Shown: positions 14,060 through 26,969 of the stretch, in pieces
Numbering within the stretch: position 1 is the first letter of the stretch
Layout: each line of letters opens with the position of its first letter
DNA from: Ylistrum balloti
Lineage: Eukaryota
Direction: 5' to 3'
Assembly: GCF_031769215.1 (NCBI RefSeq)
Contig: NW_026782427.1
Span: 1-64,000 of the forward strand
Length of the DNA stretch: 64,000 nt
Made by a program: the position numbers and the translations under genes
The notes under the pieces: generated by a model
The model's input: the letters and a program-made list of their open reading frames with translations, nothing else
Database searches by the model: none
What the model was told of the DNA's origin: nothing

Positions 14060-14260
14060 GGCCCCCCCCCCTTTCAAAGCAGAGGGGGTATATTACTTTG
14101 CACTTGCCAGTCTGTCAATCTGTCTGTAGGTAGACCACCTTTGTCTGATCAATATCTAATATATAATTCCTTGATTGTTATGATATTTCACATGTAGCAT
14201 GGTTATGGGAAGTAGATGACCCCTATTGATTTTCATGTAAAAAGGTCAAATGCCATTGGG
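14060..14260 (+). repeat. HINE-like repeat fragment in an intron
   Basis: cccccccctttcaaagcagagggggtatattactttgcac..gtctgtc..gtagacc. Confidence 0.5.
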
Positions 14261-15720
14261 TGCAATCCAACCTATAAAATTAGTGTTATGGATGGGTGTT
14301 TGGTTTATACATGTTATGCAAACATATCTTGTTTTCTTCAATTTTGTTTGTCCAGGCAAAATCATCAGTTCTATTTAGCTTAGATTAATTTGTAGAAAAA
14401 AATATTAAATGATGTGTTTTTCAGGTAGCAAGGCTTTACAAGAAGTGGAAAAGATTGTTTGCAGTAAACTACTGTTGCAAGACGTTGGTAAACTGTCACC
14501 AGCAGAACAAACGTCCAGTCTTGAGTCTTTCCACAATATTGTGAACTTTTTTGCACCGAAGTCAACCCACTACTTTTACAACCAGATGAAAGCAAGGTAA
14601 GCATGCACAGGATAAAATGGCATTATCAACAAAAAAAAAAAACTCACGTCAAGTACAATCTATGTATGCATGGTTATGTGGCCCTTTATATCGACCACCT
14701 CACTTATACTGTCCCCTCTCCGTCAGTTTATGAATCACCTGATGAAAAAGTTTGATAAGCTAATGTGTCCACTAAAAACTGGTCCCTTATGATATTTGCA
14801 TGAAACAGCAGCCAAGCTGGCCTGGCATGCATTAATGTCAATACCATATGACTTTACTTTTAGAATAGATGAATCTGCCGGGTATTTTATATAAAGATAA
14901 CCTTTACTTATATACATGTAAATAATTATATGTTGTTAACTTTTGTTTGGTTTTTGTTGACAAAATATTCTGATTCATGTAATTAAGTTTTGAAAAAAAT
15001 TATTTTACTATTAAAGCATCAATGATTTATCATTGATGCTTTTATAGTAAAATTTTTTAGTAAACTGTGGCATCATCCTTCTATCTTGTTTGTCACACAG
15101 GTGATCCAACTAGAATAACTAGCAGCCAACATTGGTGCTTGATAAGAGGTTTAACTGTATTGACTAATACCATATATAGCTGATGAATCAACATGATCTA
15201 AGACTTTCATTTTTCCTCACAGACTGTGCCTTGCAGCCCTACACTTTAATGCCAACTCATCACGACCTCAGGCAGTTGGAAACTTTGTCCTTTCCAAAAA
15301 GCAGAAAAGGAGATGCAGTGGCGAAAGAAATTTTTTTATCATTCACAAACAACAATATAAATCTGTTAAGAACAGCATTTCGGAAGTTGTTATTGACATT
15401 TTTGTTACTTTATTATGATACAAGAGATTCCACTAATATCATTCCAGTTAATATCACATTTCCATTTAATTTCACATTGTTCTCTGACAAATATGTAATA
15501 AGAAATTTAAGAAGTTGAATTTATATTCCCTGTCTTTACAGACAACATTGAAGAGCTCATGGAAGAAGTTGTCATGGGAAGACAAATGTTTAGCAGTTAT
15601 GGGCAGGCACAGCGTGCATTAGCTCAGGAAATGGAACGCCCACCACCTATCTCTATATACATGGAAAACTTGACAGGGAAAATGTGATTTCAAGTCAGTG
15701 TAGAAGATTCAATTCATATA

Positions 15721-18269
15721 TCAGAGTCGAGGGTAGCGGAATCCTGTGAAACTTTCGGATGGAAATGCCCTACGAATTGCAGCTACAGCACAAGCAGGAA
15801 TGACTTTCCTGTTTTTCTTGCCAAGGCGTTTCCATGTCCATCGTATAAATCGTCTGTATGCAACAAGTCGATACATCCTGTAATTGAGCAATATAAATTG
15901 TGGTTAATCAGTGTGACTTTGTAGACTGCATTCTCAAATATAATGACACAGACAAAATTCATTTATCTTATGATTGAAAACATGAAATTTGCATAAAAGG
16001 ACAGTTGTCTATATACAATTTATTTATTCTTTTCAACTCTTTTAGTGAATACCACCAAAATAATGCAATGAGTCCCAAAATTTGCATGAGTACAGAACTT
16101 GCATGTAGATTTATCACTGAAAGAATATGACATAAGACTATATTATAGAAACTATATCACCATTTGTATGTTTTATAGATAAAATATATCAGTTTTTAAT
16201 AGATCTATTAAGTGAGACAATATTACAACTACGTAGTTGGAAAGTTGATGTAAATACAAACCTATGTATGTTTTGTGACTGTCCTTCATCCCCATGTTCA
16301 TCGGCATATTCATAAAACGATGTCTCTAAAACATGGATATTCAGGCAGTTTGCAATGAATCCCTCATGATGAGTAATACATTCTATGTCTTCCAATTTCT
16401 CCTGTAGAATATTCATGTCTCTGCAACATTGTCGCTCTTCTTCTGTGGGCATGGGTGTACACAAATTACATGAACATCTATTGAAAAAATATATATAATT
16501 GTGCATGACATGGCATAGATTGATTTTACAGTATTTTTTATATTTATTTCTACTATATTTGCTTATTTATGCGCTTCAAAATAAATGCACTATTAGAGAA
16601 AATGTCTGTTTCAAATTTCAGGTTGTCACATTTGCTTATGACAACTAAAGATAATGTGCGTATGTGTGGGGGGAGGGGGTGGGGGTGGGTGTTTGAATGG
16701 TATAAATTTTAAACAGCTTGTGTCCATGTTTTTTATTCTTAACTTATTTTGATAGAATGTGTAATTTATGCATGAAACTAGTCAAATTAAAAATAATACA
16801 CACAGACATCATGGAAATAATTGCGAGAAAATATCAATTACGTTATTTCTAATTTTCTCTGTACTTTGTAACATTGATTAATAGTGTTGTGCTGATTATT
16901 AATTTTACATTGGTAATCAACAGATAAAATATCTGATTTAATCAATCGCTTGTAAAATCCCACAGTCGATTGTTGGATTGAAGTTGTTGATTCACAAGTG
17001 TTTGTCATTATTCAACCATCCAAACTCAGACATTGTTTTCCGAGTACAAACCAAGTATTAATGGATTGATAACTAAACTGAATTGTGTCATTAAAGTCAG
17101 CACCATGTATTGAATCATTTCTCATGGCAAAATTCTTTAAAACAATTTATCAATCGGAATAGTTCATCCAATAGACAGTTGTGAATTGCCCAGTTGATTA
17201 CCAACACTATTGATTACTGAATTAATGAGGTGTCATATCTTATGGCTATTATGCTGTGGAACATTTGTGTAAGAGTGGTTTGTATGTGTAACTAAATAAT
17301 GCAAATGGAATGCATGAATTATGTGTAATAATATAGAATGTAAATATGGAAGATGAATACATTTCGTGATGAACAATTTTAACAATATATAATAATATTT
17401 ATAGAATGTGATAAACAGTTTTAACAAGACAGTGAAAAGTGAGACTTTCACGAAGTTTCAGTAATATTCAAATGTTTTTATTCACGATAATTTAAGTTCA
17501 AAACTTGTTGATATTGGAAATAAACATTTCATGTCTACAAATAAACTGCTTGTACTATACTCAGTACATCAACTGAAGAGGCATTGTGGTTTTGTTTTTA
17601 ATTTTATATTGCAAGTAAATCAGATTCAAGTTGGATCAGGTCTGTTGGTGTAAAACATTTCCATTTGAAAATGCATGACCGAAATGTCGAAAAACGATTC
17701 ATATGATCTTTGATCCAGCCAGTAATCGTGACTGACCAGTAGGCCCTAGTCGTGATTGTGTGCACAAAACGGGACATCTTTGTTTAAAATAAGCAATAAA
17801 AATCAATGTTTTATGCCTTATTTTACTATCTTGATTTCTGTGTGTAAAATAGGTATTTCATTCACGACTACTGGTCGGGTCCCAAGGGTAGACCTAGGCC
17901 TGTAGGCCTACGAGTTTAAAGACGGATCACCGTGATGGATAAAACATATCTTCAAATAAGAAAATGTGATGACACAGTTTATCGACATTGAAGCATATAT
18001 ATCTTCAAATCTAAATTTGATAACTTAAATCGGTTGTGACCTGTATTCAGGAAAATTACAACAAAAACTAACCATTCCGTACTGCCATCATGATCAGGAC
18101 TAGCATTTTCAAGGCTAGAGTCACTACTGTCGTCGCTATGATCTGACGAATCCGAGTCATCTTGATCGTTGTCTTGTTTCCGTTGTGGTTCGTACATATA
18201 TGGCTCGATGTTTAAACAAAATGACACTTCTGGAATATCCTCAAAATCACTCAAATCAGGCGAATCCAT
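15721..18269 (-). CDS. KolX (P2RX7 C-terminal-like, Cys-rich) partner protein of Kolobok, 3 exons, ~189 codons
   Basis: Exons 18073-18269, 16262-16477 and 15721-15877. Motifs CSCNLC..MPTEEE..CC, CITHHEGF, YRLVAYRRF..W..LG...R.VIPACAV..IR..FP. The exon1/exon2 junction reads TG|A (stop), so the gene is probably disabled. Confidence 0.85.
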
Positions 18270-18523
18270 ACCGTTCGTCTATACAACAACTACAATGGCG
18301 GAACTGGCTTGGTCTTCTATGACGTCACCGGTTTTCCGGTTTCAGGAACGATAACTCATGCAAAATTTCCCGTAACCTCGACACACTTTGGTACTATTTT
18401 TTATTAATTTCTCGTATTTTACATAATTTAAAAATAAATATATATGCTGATATTTTTTTTTAATACTTGAAGAATGCAAAACGGCAGGAACAGTACTATT
18501 TCAATTTTCTATGTTTGTCACCT

Positions 18524-19900
18524 TTAACTCCATGATGTCGTATTAGAGCGCGGTACACCATCGAATCGTTTCTGGTACTCCCATTCGCGTACCAGAATAT
18601 TTTCCGGCCAGAATGTTGGATCTGTAGCTTTCCCGAAGTCACATTCACGAACATTAAGTCTGGCTGTATATGTGGGCTCATCACCTCCCCAGTATTTAAT
18701 TATTTTCATGTAGGTCACCTTGACACCTCTTTCAGCGGCAAAGCTAACTATGGAGCTGATCACCTCCTCCTCTTCAGCATTGGCTGTGATTCTAGACATA
18801 ACGAGTTGCCTGTTGCGCTGTTTGCGTTTTACGCCACGAAACTGATATGAGGACGTCCGTGAGTCATCACTGTTCTCGCGCTCGCCGAGTTGCTGTTTAG
18901 TATTGTAACCGTGGAAAGTTACGTTCCGTCCTCGTTGATTTGTACCAGGTTTCACGTCGTCACCTACTGTGACAGAGAGCACGCTAGAATCGCTAGCACC
19001 TTGCGCAATCTCTGCGTAGCTAGCGTGATGCGATGTAACAGACTGGAGAACAGCAGGTCCTTGTGACATAATATTTGATGATTTCTCATTCAGTACTTGC
19101 GGTACTTTGATTCTAGATTCAGACTGATCTGGGCATTGTAGCGTATTTTGTTTCGTCAAATCCATGGACAACCCCTTGTGTTCTATTTGTACTCGCAAAT
19201 CCTGTATGATATTTTCTAATGATTTTATTTCTTTGTCTTTTCGCTCATTTATAGCGCGGACATCATGTATTTCAGATTTCAGATCCCGAATATCTTCACG
19301 AAGATCCTTAGTGATATATTCTATCCCCGAAATCATTTCATTTCTCATGTTGACAATTAATATAAACAAATCAGCAACTGTTTGGTCGTTAAACTTGTTG
19401 TTACTATCAGAAATGGGCCCATGAGTAGTATGTGGCTGACCAGTACCGTTGTCTTCACGCACGATTGATTCCGTTCTATACACTTGTTTTGGTGAAGTGT
19501 CACAGGATAGTACTGATACGTCGGGATTTTCACACTGCGAGTTGTTTTCCACATCGAGTTTGTCTTTCGTTTTCGTCACCATATATTTAATGTCATTGCT
19601 TCCATTGCCACCGTCGATATAGTGGTATAATGAAAATATATCATCCAGGTATTTCTCAATCGCAGACGTATGTCCACCGTTAGTACGCTTAATAAGTGAC
19701 CCACGGGGCGTATCCGAACTTGTCTCTATTACCAGATCATAGAGTGATTGCCGGACGTTCGCTAGTTCATCAACACTGCTTTTGTAAATCGATCACAATC
19801 TTTTCTTGAATTTGACTTTGTCACACGATCCGACAGTTTCTCTTATATGATTGAACATACATATACACATATGGTTATATACACTCGCAAAGGCATCCAT
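18524..19900 (-). pseudogene. LINE (CR1/L2-type) ORF1 protein, truncated at its 3' end by Kolobok
   Basis: The 352-aa ORF extends upstream in frame through one TGA to an ATG at 19900. It has a coiled-coil and a C-terminal RRM-like region (LVMSRI..ARLNV..DPTFWPENILVREW). Its stop codon lies in the Kolobok TTAA target. Confidence 0.65.
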
Positions 19901-19912
19901 GTTGCTCACTGT

Positions 19913-20020
19913 GAATTCGACCAAATCTTCTTTGATAATATGATTCACAAGGTGAAAACTTACTTTGAACAAAACTTGTTAAGTGCTTTGATCTCTGAAA
20001 TACAAGATGACACACTGTAA
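19913..20020 (+). pseudogene. C-terminal remnant of a YqaJ-type exonuclease (ISL2EU partner gene)
   Basis: EFDQIFFDNMIHKVKTYFEQNLLSAL..*. It resembles the end of the YqaJ domain in the intact gene at 43565-46361 and is convergent with the transposase at 20436. Confidence 0.45.
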
Positions 20021-20435
20021 AGCTCAACCAGGAAAATGAACTCTATATATAGATTGTCTAATGATCTTTTTGACAAACAAGTAATGCTGTAAAAACTTTA
20101 TGAAAAATGTTACTGATAGTCATTTGGGAACCAGAGATTGACACATCCTGGTAATTAAATATACAAATCAGTGAAAGGGACATTCCTGCATTCGGACATC
20201 AAAAAACATGAAAGCTTTAGATTAACTTGTGAGTGAAATTGCTGTAATAATGTAAAGATAATAACTTTTACAACTGTGGAAAAATACTAATTTTCCTTTA
20301 AGTTTCATTTTTACAACCTAAATCATTTCAAACAAAGGAGTGCCTCTTTAACATTTTCCTGACATAACTAAGGACTGCTTTTGTTTTACAGTAATTATCA
20401 GCAAGTTAACTGCACATAATGATCACACATGACCA

Positions 20436-21901
20436 CTACTTTACAAGTTGGTTGTCCAAACTACACAGTGCTGCACTAACTAAAATAACATCATCAATTA
20501 CATTTTTCAGTTTCAGACTTAAGACCCCTTGAAGTAGACTGAAGTTTTTTAAACGTCCTATTGCCCTCTCAACGTGAATTCTTGCATGAGCAATCCTCCT
20601 AGTTTTTGTTGTTGCTTTACTGCAGAGTTGTCTTCCCATGGCAAATGGTGGCATATTTAGAGTAGCACCTCTTAAGGCAAGCTCTCCTAGGATAAGGAAA
20701 CCCCGATCAGCCATAATGTCATCACCATATTCTATCTTTTCCAGAAAGCCACTTTGCAGAACTATGTTTTTATCTGATATGCTACCTGTAAAAGCCCCAG
20801 ATACAAAACTGAATGATCCTGTGGGGGTTATTCCCATTAACACTTTTAAGGTATTGTGATGTTTGTATGCGGACCTGGTTATCTGTTGAGAGGAAGGCAT
20901 ACTGGGTTTCTGTATGAAAAACTCTGTGCAATCTATAACGCACCTTATGTGAGTAAACCACTTGAAACACTTTGGCAACTTCCTTCCACACTGTTCCCTA
21001 GATGGCCAACACACTAAAAACCTTAGCTCACGGGACATGAGACACATCCATGTAAAAAATATCCGGCTAACAGAACTTGCTGATATACCAAACATCTGTC
21101 CCAGTGTGGTGTTGTCATACCCTCTTCTTAGTCACAGAAGTGCCAAAAGGAATTCCTCCCATAATGATAGAGACCTTGGTCTTCCAACATTTGATACCTT
21201 AAATTAGAAAAAAGAAATTATTGTGTGCTGCAGCTGATTAGTTAGCTGTGTGCATTTATTATTTTTGTTATAAAAGCTGTAATTGTAGTCTTAAAAATAA
21301 TCCTTAATTTCAGTAATACTAATTTCCATTGTAAAAAAATTATCCTTAAAATTTTAATTACATTTGTGGGTAGATGTACACTGTTTTCATTAATTTACCT
21401 CAACTTTGTCCTTATTTGTTTCTGCTCCACACCAATAGGTCATGTTTTTAGCTTTATTTTTTAGCCATCCAAACACCAGTGAGAGCAATGCGATTGACAA
21501 CCCTGAAAGAGCAATAAACAAAACTCAACATAATCCCAGTAAAAAGTTAATTATGTCTCCCCTTTGAATGAAGGGAGACGTATTGTATATTCCTACAGGT
21601 AATGTACTTATTATTCTCTTCAGAAACATAAAAAAGAATATTTGAATCTTTAATTAATAATGCACTGTGCAACTTTAACTAAAACCAACCTGTGTAAAAT
21701 TTGCATGAGGAGTCATCTTTAGTTACATTAGTTACTGTCAGGTGTCGACGTATTAGGCCTTCATTTTGAAGCTGCTGATCGTCATAGTTCCTTAAGCAGT
21801 TGATAGTAAGATCTGAGTGCCAAAATTTCTGGTCTCCACACCATCTGTTTGTGTACCTCTCTCTCCTGGACCTCCGGGTTGAATAGTGTAGGCATGGTCA
21901 C
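20436..21901 (-). pseudogene. ISL2EU/Harbinger-type DDE transposase, multi-exon, disabled
   Basis: Exons 21690-21901 (DHAY..KFYTG), 21399-21502 and 20436-21197. Motifs IDCTEFFIQKP, YKHHNT, ADRGF, RIHVERAIGRLKNF. One in-frame TGA and a frameshift. Confidence 0.88.
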
Positions 21902-22047
21902 CTGTAGCAAAGGAATACTTATTATGGCGAAGACACATGATCAAATTGTTGATATTTTACAGAAGATTTCTTAGTAGTGCAGTTTTGTCGGGTGTTCCCT
22001 ATATCGTTACAAAAATGTCGCTTATGTAATTCAGAAATGCAAATCAA

Positions 22048-23309
22048 CTATTGCTGGGCCTGAGGAGTTGACTTCCTTTCTTGTACTACTGTAGTACAAT
22101 GCCCTCCTAGGTCCGTTGACCAACCCATACATAAGGATACTAAACACATTGTATTTGCCATAATAGTATAAATAGGAGACTGGAATTTACAATAGTGTCT
22201 TACAATACCCATACATTGGTTCATTTCTTCGGAGGTTAAGATCATAAACTGAGTCTTGGCTTCGTTAACAGCCAATGCATCTGCTTCTAATTTGTAATAT
22301 GCCAAAAGATAGGGTAAAGGAAGACTATGTACCTTATAAACAGTAAACTTACTCATTACGTCTAATAGGGGTATAGATATAACCACAACAAGACTCATTT
22401 CCCATAAGTGTTGTACATGTCACTGTCTTGTAAAATGTCCAAAGGTCAGTGTCAGGGTCAAAAGGGATTCGTATTCCTGATTCAAGTTTACTCTCTATTT
22501 CTAGCAACATAGCTTTAAGGTCAGGGGGTGAAATAACAGAAGGACTAAGATGTCCTAACGATAACATGTTGACTTGTAATTTCAAATGGTTCAAGTAATC
22601 TCTAGCTAATGCTACTAGCTCCTTAGCTTCACTGATTGCTCTGTCTAACTTGGTATAAGTACTCAAGTAAGTGTCAATCTCACTTATCGATTCAGTCAAA
22701 TTCTGCCCAAGAGATCTAAGCTTTTCTAGATTATCAATTATATCGTTTATATTCTTTCTGTTGTTACTTATTTGACCTTGGGCGGTGTGCAGAATACTTA
22801 GGCTTTCTCTAACGGCATGTTGCAAATTAACTTGATTATTTCTTAAAGCCTTAACATTAGTTTTTATGGTTCCTATATCATCTTCATCAAGTGTCCCGAA
22901 CAAAAATGATAACGCCTTTCCCACAATTGGGACAAGTGCTCTCTTCGACCTACCTTGATGTAAGGATTGTATGTTGAAAAGCTCGGTCTGTAAGAATTCT
23001 TGAGTTTTTTTTTTAGATTAGATACTTCATGTTGGAGCACCACTAAGTTATTTCTGAGTCCCGAATTTGTAAGTGGATACCAAACAATGGGTTCTGACAA
23101 GATTGACGTTGTTATTTCTGATAGGCTGTCATTTGGCTTAATCAAGATTTCTTGGTAAGGATTAAGTCTAATACAAAAGCTACTAACCACTTAGATCTGG
23201 TGATTGTTATCTCGTTTCTTGTCTCAAAGACTACGTTTTCTCTTATAAAAGTACTACAAGCACTGCCTAAGGTCAGCATGAAAAGGAATAATGGAACTAG
23301 TCTATGCAT
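22048..23309 (-). pseudogene. Envelope (baculovirus F / errantivirus env-like) gene of an LTR element, frameshifted and 3'-truncated
   Basis: Signal peptide MHRLVPLFLFMLTLGSACS. Furin site RSKR (22940-22951) followed by fusion peptide ALVPIVGKALSFLFG. Heptad region, then LSPSVISP and IPL..F..YKVHSLP. Frameshifts near 23160, 23005 (A-run) and 22390. Confidence 0.8.
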
Positions 23310-24067
23310 TCCTTTTCTTTGCACCTTCAGGTCGTCACTGGGCACCCTGAAATTAATCATAAGAAAACGTAACCAGACCAAACTCTCTGATTAGTTTATC
23401 TAAGATTTCTTGATCCTGTCTTAGTCTATAATATGGCCTAAAAGGAATATTTAAATCAAACCTTAAAAGGACGCAATATCTCTTCCAATATTTAAGTCTA
23501 GATGGTAGTAATGTTTCGCTAGCCTTTCCGTTTCTTAAATCGTCAACCTGTGAAATTCTGAAGATCTTAACATAATGCCGAAATTCTTTATGCATGTTTT
23601 GTTTTTCTACTGACCTAGTTGCACAAGCAATTCTTGAATATTTTAGTATTAACTGTCTAACAATATTTGATTCATAACTCCTAGTATCTCACTGAACAAG
23701 GGGTTTTCTGGGCCTTCTTGTCTAGTTAAAACTACCGCGGGCCATTTCCTACTTGCTTGCATAGTCTCCTTGGTTTGATTTTCCTCAGGACTGGTTCCTT
23801 TACTTTGTGGGGTTCGTTTTGTTTTATGAGAGCCTTTGGTCTTACCAATTGTCTATTCCCACGTAGACCCAATTCTGGTCGTCTCATTGACAATTTTTGT
23901 TCTACACTTTCAAGTTTTAATCCATTAAAATGGTCAGTTTTGAGATGGTACAATAAATGGAGAAGAGAAATTCGCTTACCTCCGTAGTTGTCTTCCCTTT
24001 TTCCTCCTTCTTATCCAAGTCCTTTCTTCTTTTGACCACTGACCTTGAGGGTCAGCAATCAATACTG

Positions 24068-24079
24068 GTCACGGCACCA
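24068..24079 (-). other. Primer-binding site (tRNA-His-like, TGGTGCCGTGAC)
   Basis: Lies 10 nt downstream of the LTR end and is complementary to the tRNA-His 3' end. Confidence 0.7.
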
Positions 24080-24089
24080 AATCAACAAT

Positions 24090-24705
24090 TGTAACCCTCT
24101 CGAACCGATCGAGAGACACAATTGAAGGACTACCGAAGGTGAAGAAAAGCGCCTTTTATTTCCGGTAAGCTTACAAAACTCTCTCGCTCCCGTACCTGCC
24201 CTGGTCCAAGGCCTCGTGACACCAGTCCGTCCAATACGCTGTCTAGTGACCAGAGTGAGGGACGATCTTGTCCCCTCCTATTTATGTCTAATGCCTACGT
24301 GACTGTCAAATTTGATGGGTGACCCCGATTGACCGAGACATTCTGGAGCCAAAACAGTCGAAAACAAATACAAAGCCTTCAATTCGGCAACACACGCCAA
24401 GGTCCGGTCTCCCAGTGTAAACAAAAGACTTTCAAAAATTACCTCACATAAACATTTGTCAGCGTTTTAGGTATTAACTATTGCGCAGTTTGTGCACCTG
24501 CCTCAGTAGCAGCAGTACAGCGTAGTAAAATGACCTTAATATATGTCCCCCACAGATCAATGACTGTGTGTCAGAACATATAACTAAAACAGATAATTCT
24601 GCTTAATAATAAAATAATATAAACATCAACTCAGTAATATAACCAAAACAGATAATAATGCCTAGTATCTAAAAGCAAGGGCAGGTAACCTTGCATAGGG
24701 TTACA
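24090..24705 (-). repeat. LTR, 616 bp
   Basis: Perfect 8-bp terminal inverted repeat TGTAACCC..GGGTTACA. Internal CATAAATA (TATA-like) and AATAAA on the minus strand. Followed by a PBS. Confidence 0.85.
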
Positions 24706-25139
24706 AACGTCCCTTTCTTGAAAAATGACATTATGGAAGGTATTTTGCATTATACCTTTTATATTTCTTCGAGCTGTACATAGGCTAAAACAAAATTATT
24801 ACAATCTATACATAATTATATATACAAGGTAACATTATTCTTAAAAATCTTTAAAAAAAATCCTATCCTTATAAACGGGGACCAGGTTAGCATATTTACC
24901 CATCTTTCTCACACTTACAACCGCATGCTGCATGCATTATTTTTACCGTGATTCCAATGGTTACATGCAATTCGAGCATGCAATATTATTTTTCCACAGT
25001 TCATTTTATCTATTTTGTTTTCACAGTTAATAGTTCATATCCGGAATCAACATCCACATTGTTGTATAAATGTAGTATACCGTTTCTATAATCCAGGGAT
25101 TCCAGCTTCCATAGTCCAGGGATTCCTTTAATGCTTATA

Positions 25140-25931
25140 TATTTAAATGTCGCTCTTTACACAATTCCTTCTCCAAGATCTAGTCTTGATATATCAAACC
25201 CTGGAGGTAAACCACCGACTTCCTGAAACTCAGTCAGATTTTCTGCCAACAGTCTATATCCACTTGGTTTATCGTCTGATTTACTTTTAATTTTAGAAGG
25301 ATCAACAAGTTTTTCATTAGTTATTGTTTGACATATAATACACAATCCCCAATTTAAATCAACAGGATCCACACTTCTGCTTTGTGATGACTCGGCAATA
25401 GGTTCTGTTACTTTCCGCTTCTTAGGCATGGCGTATACTTGAACTCTTCACTGTTTTACCTGAAAGTAGAGGAACATAACATTAGAATGGAATGAAAGAC
25501 ATACATTTTAATAAGTTTTGAAGATAGTTTTTGCACTTCTATGAGTATGTTAATACTGCCTTTTGTCATGGTAAGCAGCTGCAAAAAAGATCAATTGTTA
25601 TTTTAACCAAGTATACGTCTCCTATTTTCTTCTTGTGGGCCTAAAAAATAAGCATAAAGTATTTATAATGATATAGATTCTAGATGTTAAATAATGTAGG
25701 AATATGCACTTGAATTTCTCTTTTATCTTCAAAATAACGCGAGATACAAGTAATTGAAATTTTAACGGCGGCCATTTTGAAATCCAAGATGGCGGCCATA
25801 TTTGACCTCATATCACGTGTGTCCCGTTTGGTTTTTGACCCACATACAATAAAGGTGTTGTATGCAAAGTTTCATACTTTTGTCATAATCTGAACAATTC
25901 ATTTATATATTTGGACTTATCCACTATACTA
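25140..25931 (-). mobile_element. 5' end of a DNA transposon, probably Academ (XPG-type), with its first coding exon
   Basis: The terminus TAGTATAGTGGATAAG interrupts the Mag gag ORF. Subterminal aaaatggccgcc repeats. ORF 25157-25429 has NWGLCIICQ..L..P..GY..LAENL..F..G.LP..RLD.GEGI. Confidence 0.5.
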
Positions 25932-26969
25932 ATCTGGGTCTTGGCTTATACTATCTATCACTCTGACAGTACCTATGAAAAATTCATCATCACTTTCTTG
26001 ACTGACAGTATGAACTGCTTTCGGCTTCGGTTTTTGTTTCACTTTTGTCATACATTGTTTTGAGAAGTGATTTTGTCTATGGCAATTGTAACATTCTTTA
26101 CCATATGCAGGACATAACCCTTTATCAAGTTCATGCTGTGTACCACAGCTTCTACACTGCTGGTGGCTTGCGCGGTTTATAACGCTTATCTCGGTGTGTT
26201 CCTTTGTTTTTGACTTGACGTGACATTGCATTCTGCTTCATGTTGATCTAAACTTTTTATTTGCTCAGTACTGACTTCATGTGCACGACAAATCGCTACA
26301 GCTTTTTTCAATATCAGGTCAGATTCACGCAATAAACGCCTACGACATGCCTCATCTCTGATACCACACACAATGCGGTCTCTTATTAACCCAATTTTCA
26401 GGTTTTCGAATTCACACTGCTGTGCTTTATTCTTCAAGTCGGTGACAAAAGAGTCAAAACGTTCATGAATTGACTGTGATCGTGTGTTGAACATATGCCT
26501 AGTGTATGTAACGTTCTTTCGTGGTTCACAGTAGTCTTTAAACTTTGTTTTCAAGACTTCTATATTGTCTTTATCGTCCTCGGCAATGACAAATGTATTG
26601 TAGACACGGCATGCTTCAATGCCTGCAACGTGTAGGAATGTGGCGACTTGCACCTTCCCTACTTTCTCACCTATGCTTGTGGCTGTCGGATATAATTCGA
26701 ACCCCTGGATCCATTCTTTCCAGTTCTCTGACAAATTACCTTTTAGATTGAGTGTTGATGGAGGTTTGAGTGTTGATGGAGGTTTTAATTGTTCCATAGC
26801 ATGTCGTTTTCCAGTTTACTTCTGACACCATGTGATATACGACCAGTCTCTCAAAATGGCGTTCAAACTGTATTTTTTTATCAGGGTCGCTTGCCCCTTA
26901 CATAATAATAAAGGTCGCATACTGAGTAAAGGGAAGCAACTCGTACTAAAGTAAAGCAATTACATTACA
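25932..26969 (-). mobile_element. Mag-clade Gypsy element, 5' part: 139-bp LTR (26831-26969), tRNA-Leu PBS (26818-26830), gag
   Basis: LTR TGTAATG..ATCACA and PBS TGGTGTCAGAAGT. Gag NW..W..FELY..ATFLH..YCEPRKNVTY.R..F..R.Q, IRDRIVCGI and CX2C..H..CPAYGKEC..C...NHF..C knuckles, with a frameshift near 26200. Confidence 0.9.

Larger units (their letters stand above)
10280..15750 (+). pseudogene. Kolobok THAP-domain transposase, multi-exon, disabled
   Basis: THAP end AVPTIF. Inferred GT-AG exons: ..10492, 11019-11228, 11614-12414, 12803-12989, 13726-13965, 14425-14596, 15223.., 15542... Motifs GDARCSSPGHTAKY, VTDRH, DVWHVAK, TSSLESFH, AALHFN. In-frame TGA at 12163 and frameshifts in the last exons. 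Confidence 0.88.
10250..18523. mobile_element. Kolobok DNA transposon (transposase + convergent KolX); right end intact, left end missing
   Basis: Two convergent spliced genes typical of Kolobok. The element ends ...tttgtcacCT followed by TTAA (18524-18527). No matching left terminus was found in the window. Confidence 0.85.

Noticed and set aside
15721-18269. Host P2RX7 receptor gene
   Set aside because: It has no transmembrane or ectodomain exons and has the Kolobok convergent arrangement and TTAA terminus.
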